DNA of 64,000 nucleotides from Nitrospirota bacterium (GTDB lineage Bacteria; Nitrospirota; Thermodesulfovibrionia; Thermodesulfovibrionales; Dissulfurispiraceae). The position numbers and the translations under genes are program-made. Under the pieces are notes generated by a model. That model was not told the DNA's origin. It saw only the letters and a program-made list of their open reading frames with translations, and ran no database searches. Position 1 is the first letter of the stretch. Each line of letters opens with the position of its first letter. The DNA lies in assembly GCA_963790025.1 (NCBI GenBank), contig CAWBMP010000004.1, positions 416,001-480,000 of the forward strand. The letters run 5' to 3'. Shown piece after piece: positions 37,610 to 46,677 of the stretch.

Positions 37610-38493
37610 TATTTAAACCCCAATTCACTCAAAAAACGGTCATCGCTTCGCCAATCTTTCTTGACTTTAACCCATAATTCCAGAAAGACTTTTGCTCCCA
37701 GTAATTGTTCGATTTCGATTCGAGCAGCAGTTCCTACTGCCTTTAACCGGGCCCCGTCTTTTCCTATTATTATACCCTTTTGCCCTTTTCTTTCAACATA
37801 AATATTTACAGTAATGAAAACTACGCCGTCTTTCCGCTCGGACCATTGGACAACTTCGGTAGCTACCGAATGCGGGATTTCTTCCCCGGTCTGCTGCATG
37901 ATCTTTTCCCGGACTGTCTCAGCGGCCATAAACCGCTCAATCTGATCGGTCACAATGTCATCGGGATAGTATTTCGGTCCCTCGGGGAGATACTTTACGA
38001 CATTGTCAAGGAGATGGTCGATGCCGTCACCCTTGAGCGCCGATACGGGGATTATTTCCTTGAATGGATAAAGACCGCTGTAGGCATCGATAACTGGAAG
38101 CACATGAGGCTTCTTTCTTGTATCGATCTTATTGATGACCAGGAAAACCGGTTTACGCAGGTCATCCAGCATTGTTATTATAAAACTGTCGCCGGGTCCC
38201 GGCATCTCCGGCTCCACCATGAACAGAATAATATCGACTTCAGCGGCCGCCCTTCGCGCCTCACCGACGATCAGCTCTCCCAGCTTGTGCTTTGGTTTGT
38301 GTATGCCGGGGGTATCAATGAATATTATCTGGGCATCATGGAGCGTCTTGATACCAATAAGCCGGTTACGCGTTGTCTGGGGTTTCGGGGTCACAATGGA
38401 AACCTTTTCCCCAAGGATGGTGTTGAGCAGCGTAGATTTTCCCACATTCGGCCTCCCGGTCAGGGAGACGTAGCCCGAACGAAACTTTTCCAT
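37609..38493 (-). CDS. era: GTPase Era
   Basis: GRPNVGKST, QTTR, DTPG, NKID, KH domain IIIGKDG. Confidence 0.97.
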   Translation of the reverse strand: MEKFRSGYVSLTGRPNVGKSTLLNTILGEKVSIVTPKPQTTRNRLIGIKTLHDAQIIFIDTPGIHKPKHKLGELIVGEARRAAAEVDIILFMVEPEMPGPGDSFIITMLDDLRKPVFLVINKIDTRKKPHVLPVIDAYSGLYPFKEIIPVSALKGDGIDHLLDNVVKYLPEGPKYYPDDIVTDQIERFMAAETVREKIMQQTGEEIPHSVATEVVQWSERKDGVVFITVNIYVERKGQKGIIIGKDGARLKAVGTAARIEIEQLLGAKVFLELWVKVKKDWRSDDRFLSELGFK

Positions 38494-38505
38494 AAGCAAA
38501 AAGTC

Positions 38506-38657
38506 AGGCAATAGGCAATAGGTTATAGGCCATAGGTGAAAAACAAAAACGGAAACTACCATCATTCATTAGATATTTTCTCGTAGTCTATCTCCTTCTG
38601 CATATAGCCTGCCTTTTTTGCCTATTGCCTATTGCCTATTGCCCATTGCCTACAGCC
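38506..38657. repeat. Inverted heptamer repeat element (AGGCAAT)n ... (ATTGCCT)n
   Basis: aggcaat aggcaat aggttat aggccat ... tgcctat tgcctat tgcctat tgcccat tgcctac. Confidence 0.75.
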
Positions 38658-38661
38658 ATTT

Positions 38662-39852
38662 TTATTTCAGCTTTGAAAATGCGGTCTTCATACGATTAAG
38701 CCCCTGCGTGATATTATCCATTGATGTTGCATAAGATATGCGGATATACTTGTCATCGCCGAATGCCTCACCATGAACAACAGCCACGTTCGCCTCTTCC
38801 AGCAGGTAGGTCGCCATGTCCAGAGAGGAGTTTATCAGTCTTTTGTCCGTCATCCTGCCATAAAAACTTGAGATGTTCGGAAACGCATAAAAAGCGCCGT
38901 TGGGATTCAGGCAGCGGACACCCTCAATGGCATTCAGGCCATCGATGAGGACCTTCCTTCTCTTGTCGAATTCCGCACGCATGAAGGATATGAAGTCCTG
39001 CGGCCCCGTCAGGGCCGCAACGGCAGCCTTCTGCGCTATAGAGGTCGGATTTGAGGTGGACTGGCTCTGTATATTTGTCATTGCCTTAATAATGTCCCTG
39101 GGTCCTGCAGCATATCCCATCCTCCATCCGGTCATGGCATGAGATTTGGAAAGACCGTTGACCACGATAGTCCTTTTTTTGATTTCGCTTCCCAGCGAGG
39201 CGATACTGATATGTCTTGCACCGTCATATATCAGTTTCTCGTAGATTTCGTCAGAAATGACAAGAATATTTCTTTTGACTGCGATTCCGGCAATTGCTTC
39301 GAAAGCTTTTTGATCATATGCAGACCCTGTCGGATTAGAAGGAGAATTCAGTATCAGCGCCTTCGTCTTCCCTGTTATCTCCGCTTCAAGGACCTCGGGA
39401 CGCAGCATAAAATTATCTTCCTCATACGTGGGAACAAATACAGGCACAGCGTCATTCAGCAGCGCCTGGTCAGGATAGGATACCCAGTAAGGGACCGGTA
39501 TAATAATTTCATCACCGGGATTAAACGACGCCTGAGCGATATTATACAAGCTGTGCTTTGCCCCGCATGACACTATGACCTCGTCCTTTGAATATTCGAG
39601 CCCGTTGTCGGCATATAGTTTTTTTGTGATCGCCTCCTTAAGCTCATCAATGCCGCCAACCGGCGTATATTTTGTAAAGCCATCCCTTATAGCTTTGATT
39701 GCAGCTTCTTTCACATGTTCCGGCGTATCGAAATCCGGTTCTCCGACACCGAAATTAAGAACATCGATACCCCCGGCCTTCATGGCCTTCGCCTTGGCAT
39801 CCATGGCCAAGGTCGGAGATGGTTTGATTCTTTGTGACCTCTCGGAAAGCAT
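38662..39852 (-). CDS. aspC: Aspartate aminotransferase (PLP class I/II)
   Basis: GEPDF, SPSNPTG, SDEIY, SKSHAMTGWR. Confidence 0.88.
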   Translation of the reverse strand: MLSERSQRIKPSPTLAMDAKAKAMKAGGIDVLNFGVGEPDFDTPEHVKEAAIKAIRDGFTKYTPVGGIDELKEAITKKLYADNGLEYSKDEVIVSCGAKHSLYNIAQASFNPGDEIIIPVPYWVSYPDQALLNDAVPVFVPTYEEDNFMLRPEVLEAEITGKTKALILNSPSNPTGSAYDQKAFEAIAGIAVKRNILVISDEIYEKLIYDGARHISIASLGSEIKKRTIVVNGLSKSHAMTGWRMGYAAGPRDIIKAMTNIQSQSTSNPTSIAQKAAVAALTGPQDFISFMRAEFDKRRKVLIDGLNAIEGVRCLNPNGAFYAFPNISSFYGRMTDKRLINSSLDMATYLLEEANVAVVHGEAFGDDKYIRISYATSMDNITQGLNRMKTAFSKLK

Positions 39853-39881
39853 AAACTGGATCCTCCTCAGAAATTAAAATG

Positions 39882-39927
39882 TTACAAAGCACGCAAAGCG
39901 CCTATGAGCAGCGTATTGAGTGCTCGG
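39882..39927. repeat. Second copy of the palindromic ~47-bp element (inverted, intergenic)
   Basis: Reverse complement matches 32837-32883 at 37/47 positions by manual alignment. Confidence 0.6.
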
Positions 39928-40025
39928 CAAGATTTCCTTTGGAATTATACCTTATTTCGCGCTTTCAGTTCTCTTATTTTGCTCGACGTATCTTTGGGGG
40001 TCTGGAGTTTAGACTCGCCCTAATG

Positions 40026-41027
40026 CTACTCCAGGACAGCACTCCCGTTATCCGCGATGATACGCCTGGCGCCAATATAATGCGTGCAAAAGTAAGGAGT
40101 TTCGAGGTTGTCGATTGTTATTTGACGGGAAAGCCAGGAGGCATGTATGAAAAGGTGGTTTCCAAGGTAAATACCCACATGTGAAGGAAAGGATGCGTAA
40201 GTCTTGAAGAATACCAGGTCCCCCTCTTCCAGATATTTCTTGTCGACAGCCTCGCCGAGATTGAATTGTTCGCGGGCGCTGCGCGGCATATTCTCTCCGA
40301 CAAAACCGAATACTCGCTGCACATAACAGGAACAATCCAGTCCGATCGTCCCGTTTCCCCCGAAATGATAGGGTTCGTGGAGCATATTTTTAGCAAACAA
40401 AACCAGCCGCTTTCTTATGCTGAGATCGCCAAGTACATCACCTGAAATCAACATCTCTTTGACATCTTTAATTTCTTTTGAACCATCGGCCCCAGCCTTG
40501 AAACAATTTGCATTTTTATTTATTGTGTCTTCTTTCCCGGCAGCATAAATTTCAGGCGAATGTTTTTTGTTTCTGATAACGAGTTGCCGGTCCGTTTTTA
40601 ATCCGCCTCTTTTCAGATTATTTATCCTTTTCAATGCACTAACTGTAATCCCATATTTTTTTGTTGCGGATTTCAGTGTGTTGCCTTTTCTTACAGTATG
40701 TATCCTGTTGTTTTTGGTTTCAGATTTTTCAGAAACAGAATGTTTTGATATATTTCTTTTTGGGTTGAGAGAGTAATGTTTATTCCTGCGGACCTTTTCA
40801 GATACCGTAAGGGACAGCTTCATTCCCCTGTTTAATTTGCCGGATTTCAGGCCATTGGCTTTTCTTATTTCCAATACTTTGACGTTATACTTCTTTGAGT
40901 TTTTCGCTAATATGTCGCTTTTTCCAATAGTATAGGATACATTTGCGTTGGCCGTGGCTGAGATAAAAGAAATTGCGATGAACAGGGCTAATATTTTATA
41001 AAATCGTTTCAGGCGCTTCATCCTCAT
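40026..41027 (-). CDS. LysM plus NlpC/P60 peptidoglycan endopeptidase
   Basis: Signal peptide, degenerate LysM repeats, GLDCS, SHVGIY, FIHAS. Confidence 0.85.
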   Translation of the reverse strand: MRMKRLKRFYKILALFIAISFISATANANVSYTIGKSDILAKNSKKYNVKVLEIRKANGLKSGKLNRGMKLSLTVSEKVRRNKHYSLNPKRNISKHSVSEKSETKNNRIHTVRKGNTLKSATKKYGITVSALKRINNLKRGGLKTDRQLVIRNKKHSPEIYAAGKEDTINKNANCFKAGADGSKEIKDVKEMLISGDVLGDLSIRKRLVLFAKNMLHEPYHFGGNGTIGLDCSCYVQRVFGFVGENMPRSAREQFNLGEAVDKKYLEEGDLVFFKTYASFPSHVGIYLGNHLFIHASWLSRQITIDNLETPYFCTHYIGARRIIADNGSAVLE

Positions 41028-41065
41028 CCCCAACCAGAGGCGGATTTATATTGATGATAAGAAGG

Positions 41066-41081
41066 AGCATTTTTTGTGCCG
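41066..41081 (-). promoter_or_regulatory. sigma54-type promoter
   Basis: CGGCACAAAAAATGCT; TGAC-N7-GTCA-like sites upstream at 41152 and 41174. Confidence 0.6.
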
Positions 41082-41314
41082 CTTATACTATCTCAGATTC
41101 GCTTGTTCTTCATGGTATTTTTTTTTTGCTATCTTGGCAATATGGAGATGCTGACAAATATGGTCATTCTTACTGACAAAAAACGACATTGACCTGAACT
41201 AATCCTTAACGCAGTAATATGGTGTCTGAACAGACTTATTACAATTATATAGGAAACACTACACTAACTTGGGATTAATAAAGGCACGGCACATTTTTGC
41301 GGCATTTATTTGGG

Positions 41315-42466
41315 TCAAATATAAATTCTCCTGGCCCTGCTGCCTATGGACAGCATTATTTCGTAAGGGATAGTGTTCGACCACTGTGCAAGGTCTTCGG
41401 CGCTTATGCTCTCATCACCCTGAATGCCCATAATAGTGACATCATCCGTTTCGGATGCCTCTGGTATGTCCGTAACATCGATCATTGTGATATCCATACA
41501 GACACGTCCCACAACCGGGGCCCTTTTGCCTCTCACTAGTACTTCCCCTTTATTGGAAAAGAGCCTGCTGAACCCGTCGGCATAACCTGCCGCTACAACT
41601 CCGATCAGGCTCTCTCTTGCAGTAACAAAAGTCCTGCCATAGCTGACGGGGGTGCCCGGCGGCAGCTTTCGCAATGCTAATATTCGGGCCTTCGCGCTCA
41701 TTACAGTGACCAGTTTTGGAAGGCGGACATCAGCAGTCCCTAAAGGCAGCAGACTTTGAGGGGAGACAGCAGAGTATCCGTAGAGCATTATGCCGGGCCT
41801 GACCGCGTCGGAGTGCGATTCCGGCAGCGCCATCACCGCAGCGCTATTCGCCAAATGATACAGCGGTACATGCAAGCCATGTGCGGTCAGGTCATTCCTG
41901 AGGGCATTGAACGCATCGATCTGAGAACGGGCAAAAGAGAGATCACTCAGGTCAGCATCGGAAAAATGGCTCATGATCCCTTCAATATTGATTCCCTGCA
42001 AGCGGGAAATCTCAAGGATGTCCCTGGCACACCCCGAAATGTCGAAGCACTTTTCCGCACCGCATCTAAGGCCGAGTCTCCCCATGCCGGTATCAACTTT
42101 AATATGTATTGTTATATGCCGGCCCCGCCTCACTGCCTCGCGCGACAGAGCAAATGCCGCCTTCAGGGTCCCAACAGCAGGAGTAAGATTGTATTCAAAG
42201 GCTTCGGTAACGTCCGGATCGAAGAGCACAAGGATATGGGCTGTAATGCCTGCCTCTCGCAGTTCCAGGGCCTCATTCATGAACGCGACCGCAAGATATT
42301 CAACCCCATCGCTGACCAGTCTTTCAGAGACCTGGACAGCGCCATGGCCGTATGCATCGGCCTTGACCACGGCGATAACAGGCCTGCCCCCTGTTATTTG
42401 CCTGATTACCTTGAAATTATGGGAGACCGCCTGCAAGTCTATCTCGGCAACAAGTCCTCTTTTCAT
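41315..42466 (-). CDS. alr: Alanine racemase
   Basis: AVVKADAYGHG, DTGMGRLG, SHF, RPGIMLYG, SYG, GRVCMD. Confidence 0.96.
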   Translation of the reverse strand: MKRGLVAEIDLQAVSHNFKVIRQITGGRPVIAVVKADAYGHGAVQVSERLVSDGVEYLAVAFMNEALELREAGITAHILVLFDPDVTEAFEYNLTPAVGTLKAAFALSREAVRRGRHITIHIKVDTGMGRLGLRCGAEKCFDISGCARDILEISRLQGINIEGIMSHFSDADLSDLSFARSQIDAFNALRNDLTAHGLHVPLYHLANSAAVMALPESHSDAVRPGIMLYGYSAVSPQSLLPLGTADVRLPKLVTVMSAKARILALRKLPPGTPVSYGRTFVTARESLIGVVAAGYADGFSRLFSNKGEVLVRGKRAPVVGRVCMDITMIDVTDIPEASETDDVTIMGIQGDESISAEDLAQWSNTIPYEIMLSIGSRARRIYI

Positions 42467-42467
42467 A

Positions 42468-43112
42468 TCACGCCGGCTGCCTCCCCAGCATATGCCTCAC
42501 CGCTTCATATTCTTCCATGGTATTAATATTCATGAATGATCTGCCCTCGGGGTCTATGGTCCGCATATCCGGCTCATTGATGAAATATGTCCTCACCTCG
42601 CGCAAAAGAGGGACCAGCGATGTTTTATCGTGCATAATCCCATCCTCCAGGTAAGGCAGCAGTGTTCGTGAATATATGCCCAGCAAAGGCTGCGGCTTAT
42701 CATTGAAAATAGGGACAGCGGCGTCGCAGGGCCCGCATTCCCCGCAGTAACACAAGTGCCGTTCATTGATAAAGTTTATGACCTCTTTGTTCAGAAAGGG
42801 CATATCGCAGGCAATCACAAAAACACCCGGCCCCTCTGCATTAATCAGAGCCGAATAAATTCCTGACATAGGCCCTCTGGACTGCAGCACATCGCCGATG
42901 AGCTTTGCCCCACGGCGCACGGCAAGATTAAAGTATGGTCCCGGATCATTGGTGCTTATAAATACTTCCTCAAATAATTCTTTAAGCAGTGCAAGGTTCC
43001 TTGCGATAATAGGTGTGCCTTCGAGGTTTATAAAGCTTTTTAATGAAGGGAACCTCCGGTTCCTGCCACCGGCAAGGATCACCGCGGCAGTGACCTTTTC
43101 ACATCCGATCAT
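42468..43112 (-). CDS. mobA: Molybdenum cofactor guanylyltransferase
   Basis: LAGG..RR, GP..GI, ACDMP, NINT. Confidence 0.88.
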   Translation of the reverse strand: MIGCEKVTAAVILAGGRNRRFPSLKSFINLEGTPIIARNLALLKELFEEVFISTNDPGPYFNLAVRRGAKLIGDVLQSRGPMSGIYSALINAEGPGVFVIACDMPFLNKEVINFINERHLCYCGECGPCDAAVPIFNDKPQPLLGIYSRTLLPYLEDGIMHDKTSLVPLLREVRTYFINEPDMRTIDPEGRSFMNINTMEEYEAVRHMLGRQPA

Positions 43113-43912
43113 TTTATGACGACTCCGGCGTATCCGACAACATGTTCGTAATCACCACTTACTTCACCCGATGTCGCATATTTTACAAGCCTTGTTTCAC
43201 GTGCTCCCAAAGCCTTTGCCGCATAGAGCATAATCGTCGCAGGAATAAAGCCGCACATCGAAATCTTTTCCTTCACCACAGCGGCATAAAGCCCTTCGGG
43301 ACTCAAATTAAGTATTTCAACCAGAGCGAGATTATCAAGAGTCCTGGCAAGATCATCGGAAATATAGTGGCTCATGTCAGAACTTGCAACAATTACGACC
43401 GACCTTCTTGAATGCTTGACCGCCCTCGCTATCCCTTCACCTATAGTCTTGCACTCCTGCAACGATGCATTCATCACGGCAATTGGGACTATCTTGACAG
43501 CATCGGAAAAATAGGCAATAAACGGCAATTGTACCTCGATAGAATGCTCAAACCGGTGAGCCTCCATATCGCGGGACATGGCCGGGACTTCTCCTGCTAT
43601 AGCTTCCGCCAGGTCCTCATCTACGGGTAGTATCCGGTTGGGTATTTCCCATTCACCCGAAGCCATCAGCGACAGGCGTGGACCGAGCCCGGTATGATTA
43701 GGCCCGAGGAGGACAAAAGTATCAGGAAAGCTGATCGATGAGTAGACTGCGCCGGCCACATGACCGGAATACATCAGACCGGCATGGGGCGAGAGCATAC
43801 CGATTACTTTCTCCCTTACAACGTCCCTGCCGATATAGTGCTCAACCTGGCTCTTTAAACGTATTGCCGTACCATCATAAAATTGTCCCGCCACCGCTGG
43901 AGATCTCTTCAT
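43109..43912 (-). CDS. amrB: AmmeMemoRadiSam system protein B (MEMO1 family)
   Basis: PAVAGQFY, PHAG..YSG, GPNHTG, EHSIEVQ, SSDMSH, SMCG, VVGY. Confidence 0.9.
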   Translation of the reverse strand: MKRSPAVAGQFYDGTAIRLKSQVEHYIGRDVVREKVIGMLSPHAGLMYSGHVAGAVYSSISFPDTFVLLGPNHTGLGPRLSLMASGEWEIPNRILPVDEDLAEAIAGEVPAMSRDMEAHRFEHSIEVQLPFIAYFSDAVKIVPIAVMNASLQECKTIGEGIARAVKHSRRSVVIVASSDMSHYISDDLARTLDNLALVEILNLSPEGLYAAVVKEKISMCGFIPATIMLYAAKALGARETRLVKYATSGEVSGDYEHVVGYAGVVIK

Positions 43913-45282
43913 CAGTACACCTCTTCTTCCGTCTCATATGATACACCGGAGTGATCGACAAACTTGGTGCAGTTCGATAAAAACGTAAGATTAATAGTAC
44001 CGGTAGGTCCGTTTCTCTGTTTAGCAATGTCGATTTTAACCATATTCCTGGCAGCAGGGTTGTCCTTGCCCTGATCGCTATCTTTATAAATAAATATAAT
44101 GACATCGGCATCCTGTTCGATGGCGCCCGATTCCCGTATATCGGCAAGCGTAGGCTTGTTTCCGCTCCGCTGCTCTACAGCCCTGTTGAGCTGACTCAAT
44201 GCAATCACAGGTATTTTCAGTTCTTTGGCAAGGGCCTTCAGCGAGCGGGATATATCAGCTATCTCCTGCTCCCGGCGTTCCAAATTTCCCCTGCTCCGCA
44301 TAAGTTGAAGGTAGTCTACAACTACAAGGCTCAGCCCCCGGTGCTCCATCTTGAGCCTCCTTGCCTTTGCCCTTATTTCGAGTACTGTCAGGGCTGAAGA
44401 ATCATCAATAAAAATAGGCGCTTCGGACAACCTGCCTGCCGCGCTGGTGAGCTTCGGCCAATCCTGTCTATTGATAAAACCTTTCCTCACATGCGAGGAA
44501 TCCACCATGCTCTCGGCACACAGCATTCTCATGACCAACTGTTCCTTGGACATTTCGAGACTGAATACAGCGACAGGCTCCTTCATTTGGATTCCAACAT
44601 GCTGGGCAACATTAAGTGCGAATGCGGTTTTACCCATGCCGGGCCTTCCGCCAATAATAATCAGTTCTCCCGGTTGAAAGCCCGCGGTCAGCTCATCCAG
44701 GTCCTTAAAGCCCGTAGACACTCCGGTAATCGCCTCTTTTTTCTCATAAAGGTGCTCGATCATTTTAAAGGTGTCTTTAACTACATCCTTCATGCTGGCA
44801 AAGGAGGTCTTGGTCCTTTTCTCAGCTATGTCGAATATGACCTTTTCCGCGTAGTCAACCATCTCATCCGCTTCAAGGTCATCCTCATAGACCCTTGTAT
44901 TGATATGCGTTGCAGTCTGAATCAGCGCTCTCAGCAGCGATTTCTCGCGGACTATTTTCGCATGATAACGTACATTGGCGGATGTGGGAATACTATTGAC
45001 CAGGACTGAAAGATATGCAACGCCTCCGACAGTATCGAGTTCATTCGTTTTCCTCAGATAATCGGTGAGCGTGATGATGTCGATGGGATCGTTCTTATTG
45101 AAAAGCTCAAGCATTGCGTTATACAAACGCCTGTGTGATTCCCTATAGAAATCATCGGTGGCAAGCATCTCAAGGGCCTTCGGCAAGGCCTCGTTGTCGA
45201 AAATTATGGAACCTAGAACGGACTGCTCTGCCTCAATGTTCTGGGGAGGCAATTTATCTATGCTCACTCCGGCATCATTCAT
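43912..45282 (-). CDS. dnaB: Replicative DNA helicase
   Basis: PPQNIEAE, GRPGMGKT, FSLEM, DYLQL, SQLNR, ESGAIEQDAD, KQRNGP; alternative GTG start at 45312. Confidence 0.97.
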   Translation of the reverse strand: MNDAGVSIDKLPPQNIEAEQSVLGSIIFDNEALPKALEMLATDDFYRESHRRLYNAMLELFNKNDPIDIITLTDYLRKTNELDTVGGVAYLSVLVNSIPTSANVRYHAKIVREKSLLRALIQTATHINTRVYEDDLEADEMVDYAEKVIFDIAEKRTKTSFASMKDVVKDTFKMIEHLYEKKEAITGVSTGFKDLDELTAGFQPGELIIIGGRPGMGKTAFALNVAQHVGIQMKEPVAVFSLEMSKEQLVMRMLCAESMVDSSHVRKGFINRQDWPKLTSAAGRLSEAPIFIDDSSALTVLEIRAKARRLKMEHRGLSLVVVDYLQLMRSRGNLERREQEIADISRSLKALAKELKIPVIALSQLNRAVEQRSGNKPTLADIRESGAIEQDADVIIFIYKDSDQGKDNPAARNMVKIDIAKQRNGPTGTINLTFLSNCTKFVDHSGVSYETEEEVY

Positions 45283-45321
45283 AACGTTCTCTGTTAACCG
45301 TTGACCGCTCACACTGAACGG

Positions 45322-45774
45322 TTAACCTGCTTGTTCGCTAACCACCTGGACCGCAAGCTGCGCGGAGACCTCAGGGTGGACTTTAACGCTCACCGTGTAA
45401 TTACCCAGCCGCTTGATCGGCTCTTCGAGAATGATCTTTTTCCGGTCAATATCCAGTCCCTCTTTCTTTAGCGCTTCAGCAAGGTCCATGGCAGTAACAG
45501 AGCCGAAAAGCTTCTCTTCCTCGCCGACCTTTGCCCTGATCGTAATCGTGGTAGCGGATATTTTGGAAGACAGTTCCTCAGCGCCTGATTTTGCCTTTCT
45601 CACTGTTTCCTGTATCTTTCTCTTCTCATGTTCGAGGGCTTTGATATTTTTGGGGTTCGCTTCCAATGCCAATCCCTTCGGTATGAGAAAATTACGCGCA
45701 TATCCGTCCTTAACAGTCAGCATTTCACCTATGTGACCCACGTCTTTAACATCCTGCTTGAGAATAACCTTCAT
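45322..45774 (-). CDS. rplI: 50S ribosomal protein L9
   Basis: [24 protein letters not shown]. Confidence 0.97.
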   Translation of the reverse strand: MKVILKQDVKDVGHIGEMLTVKDGYARNFLIPKGLALEANPKNIKALEHEKRKIQETVRKAKSGAEELSSKISATTITIRAKVGEEEKLFGSVTAMDLAEALKKEGLDIDRKKIILEEPIKRLGNYTVSVKVHPEVSAQLAVQVVSEQAG

Positions 45775-45855
45775 GCGAAACGTCTCCTTTCACCATCATT
45801 TTTCATTAGTATAAACAATCCCGGCCAAAATAGGGTAGAGGAAACAGTTTCGTGG

Positions 45856-46608
45856 CTATATCTTCCCAACCGCTGCCAGGTAAATCGTAAACTCGTCATT
45901 ACCGTCGACTCCCAATAGCCGGTCCATTAACCCCTGATCGTAAGCAGCAATGGCGCAAGTACCGCCTCCAATTGCCGCACTGGCCAGGTAGAGATTCTGA
46001 CACACATGTCCGGCATCCAGTGCAATGACCTTATGCGATGCGAGATGGTAGCGCCACTCCATTCGATAAGGGACAGTCGTCCATATAAAAATTACCGGGG
46101 CCTTCCCCAGAAAGGATTGATTCAATGCAGCGGCCACAATTTTATTCGATAGATCCTTTTCAATTGATACTGCCAGAAGTTGGCCTTCGACCGGGAGATA
46201 ACGATATATGCCCATTTCCAATCCCGAAACATTCAAAACGCACAGATACGTCTCCAGTGCATGGCGGCAACCGGCCGAAGGAACTGTCCGAAACGCCGTT
46301 GCTTCATTTGCCACCTTTCGTATTCCCTGAGTTGCCCAGAGCAAAAAGGAGATTTCTTCCAGGGTCAGGGGTCCGGCCTTGAACTGCCTGTGGCTTCTAC
46401 GGTTTTGTATCGCGGACATGAGATCAATTTCAGGAATGTTATGCCAGCCGTCTTTGCCGATAAGGCCAATCCGATGACTATCCATCGGATACGGCTTTTC
46501 AATGGGCGGCGGGTATACGCCTTGACTTTGATCAGTCAGGCTGAAATCTATGGTCTGACGTATATTATCTTTTAAAAAATAGCGGCAACTCTCAAATGTG
46601 GCCCCCAT
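45856..46608 (-). CDS. SagB/ThcOx-family nitroreductase
   Basis: RRSHR, RTVPSAG, LDAGHVCQN. Confidence 0.87.
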   Translation of the reverse strand: MGATFESCRYFLKDNIRQTIDFSLTDQSQGVYPPPIEKPYPMDSHRIGLIGKDGWHNIPEIDLMSAIQNRRSHRQFKAGPLTLEEISFLLWATQGIRKVANEATAFRTVPSAGCRHALETYLCVLNVSGLEMGIYRYLPVEGQLLAVSIEKDLSNKIVAAALNQSFLGKAPVIFIWTTVPYRMEWRYHLASHKVIALDAGHVCQNLYLASAAIGGGTCAIAAYDQGLMDRLLGVDGNDEFTIYLAAVGKI

Positions 46609-46677
46609 AAACACTCCTTCCGATATGCCTGCTGGCTGCCCTTGAAGTCGCCACACGAGGTCATAACATCATAATTC

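Noticed and set aside
38506..38657. Repeats as a possible CRISPR array
   Set aside because: Units are 7-bp tandem repeats with no unique spacers, and there are no cas genes
43912..45282. Intein in DnaB
   Set aside because: Length is normal and the motifs are contiguous
45856..46608. RiPP (azole) biosynthetic cluster around the SagB-like gene
   Set aside because: No YcaO, precursor peptide or transporter; stand-alone nitroreductases of this family are common
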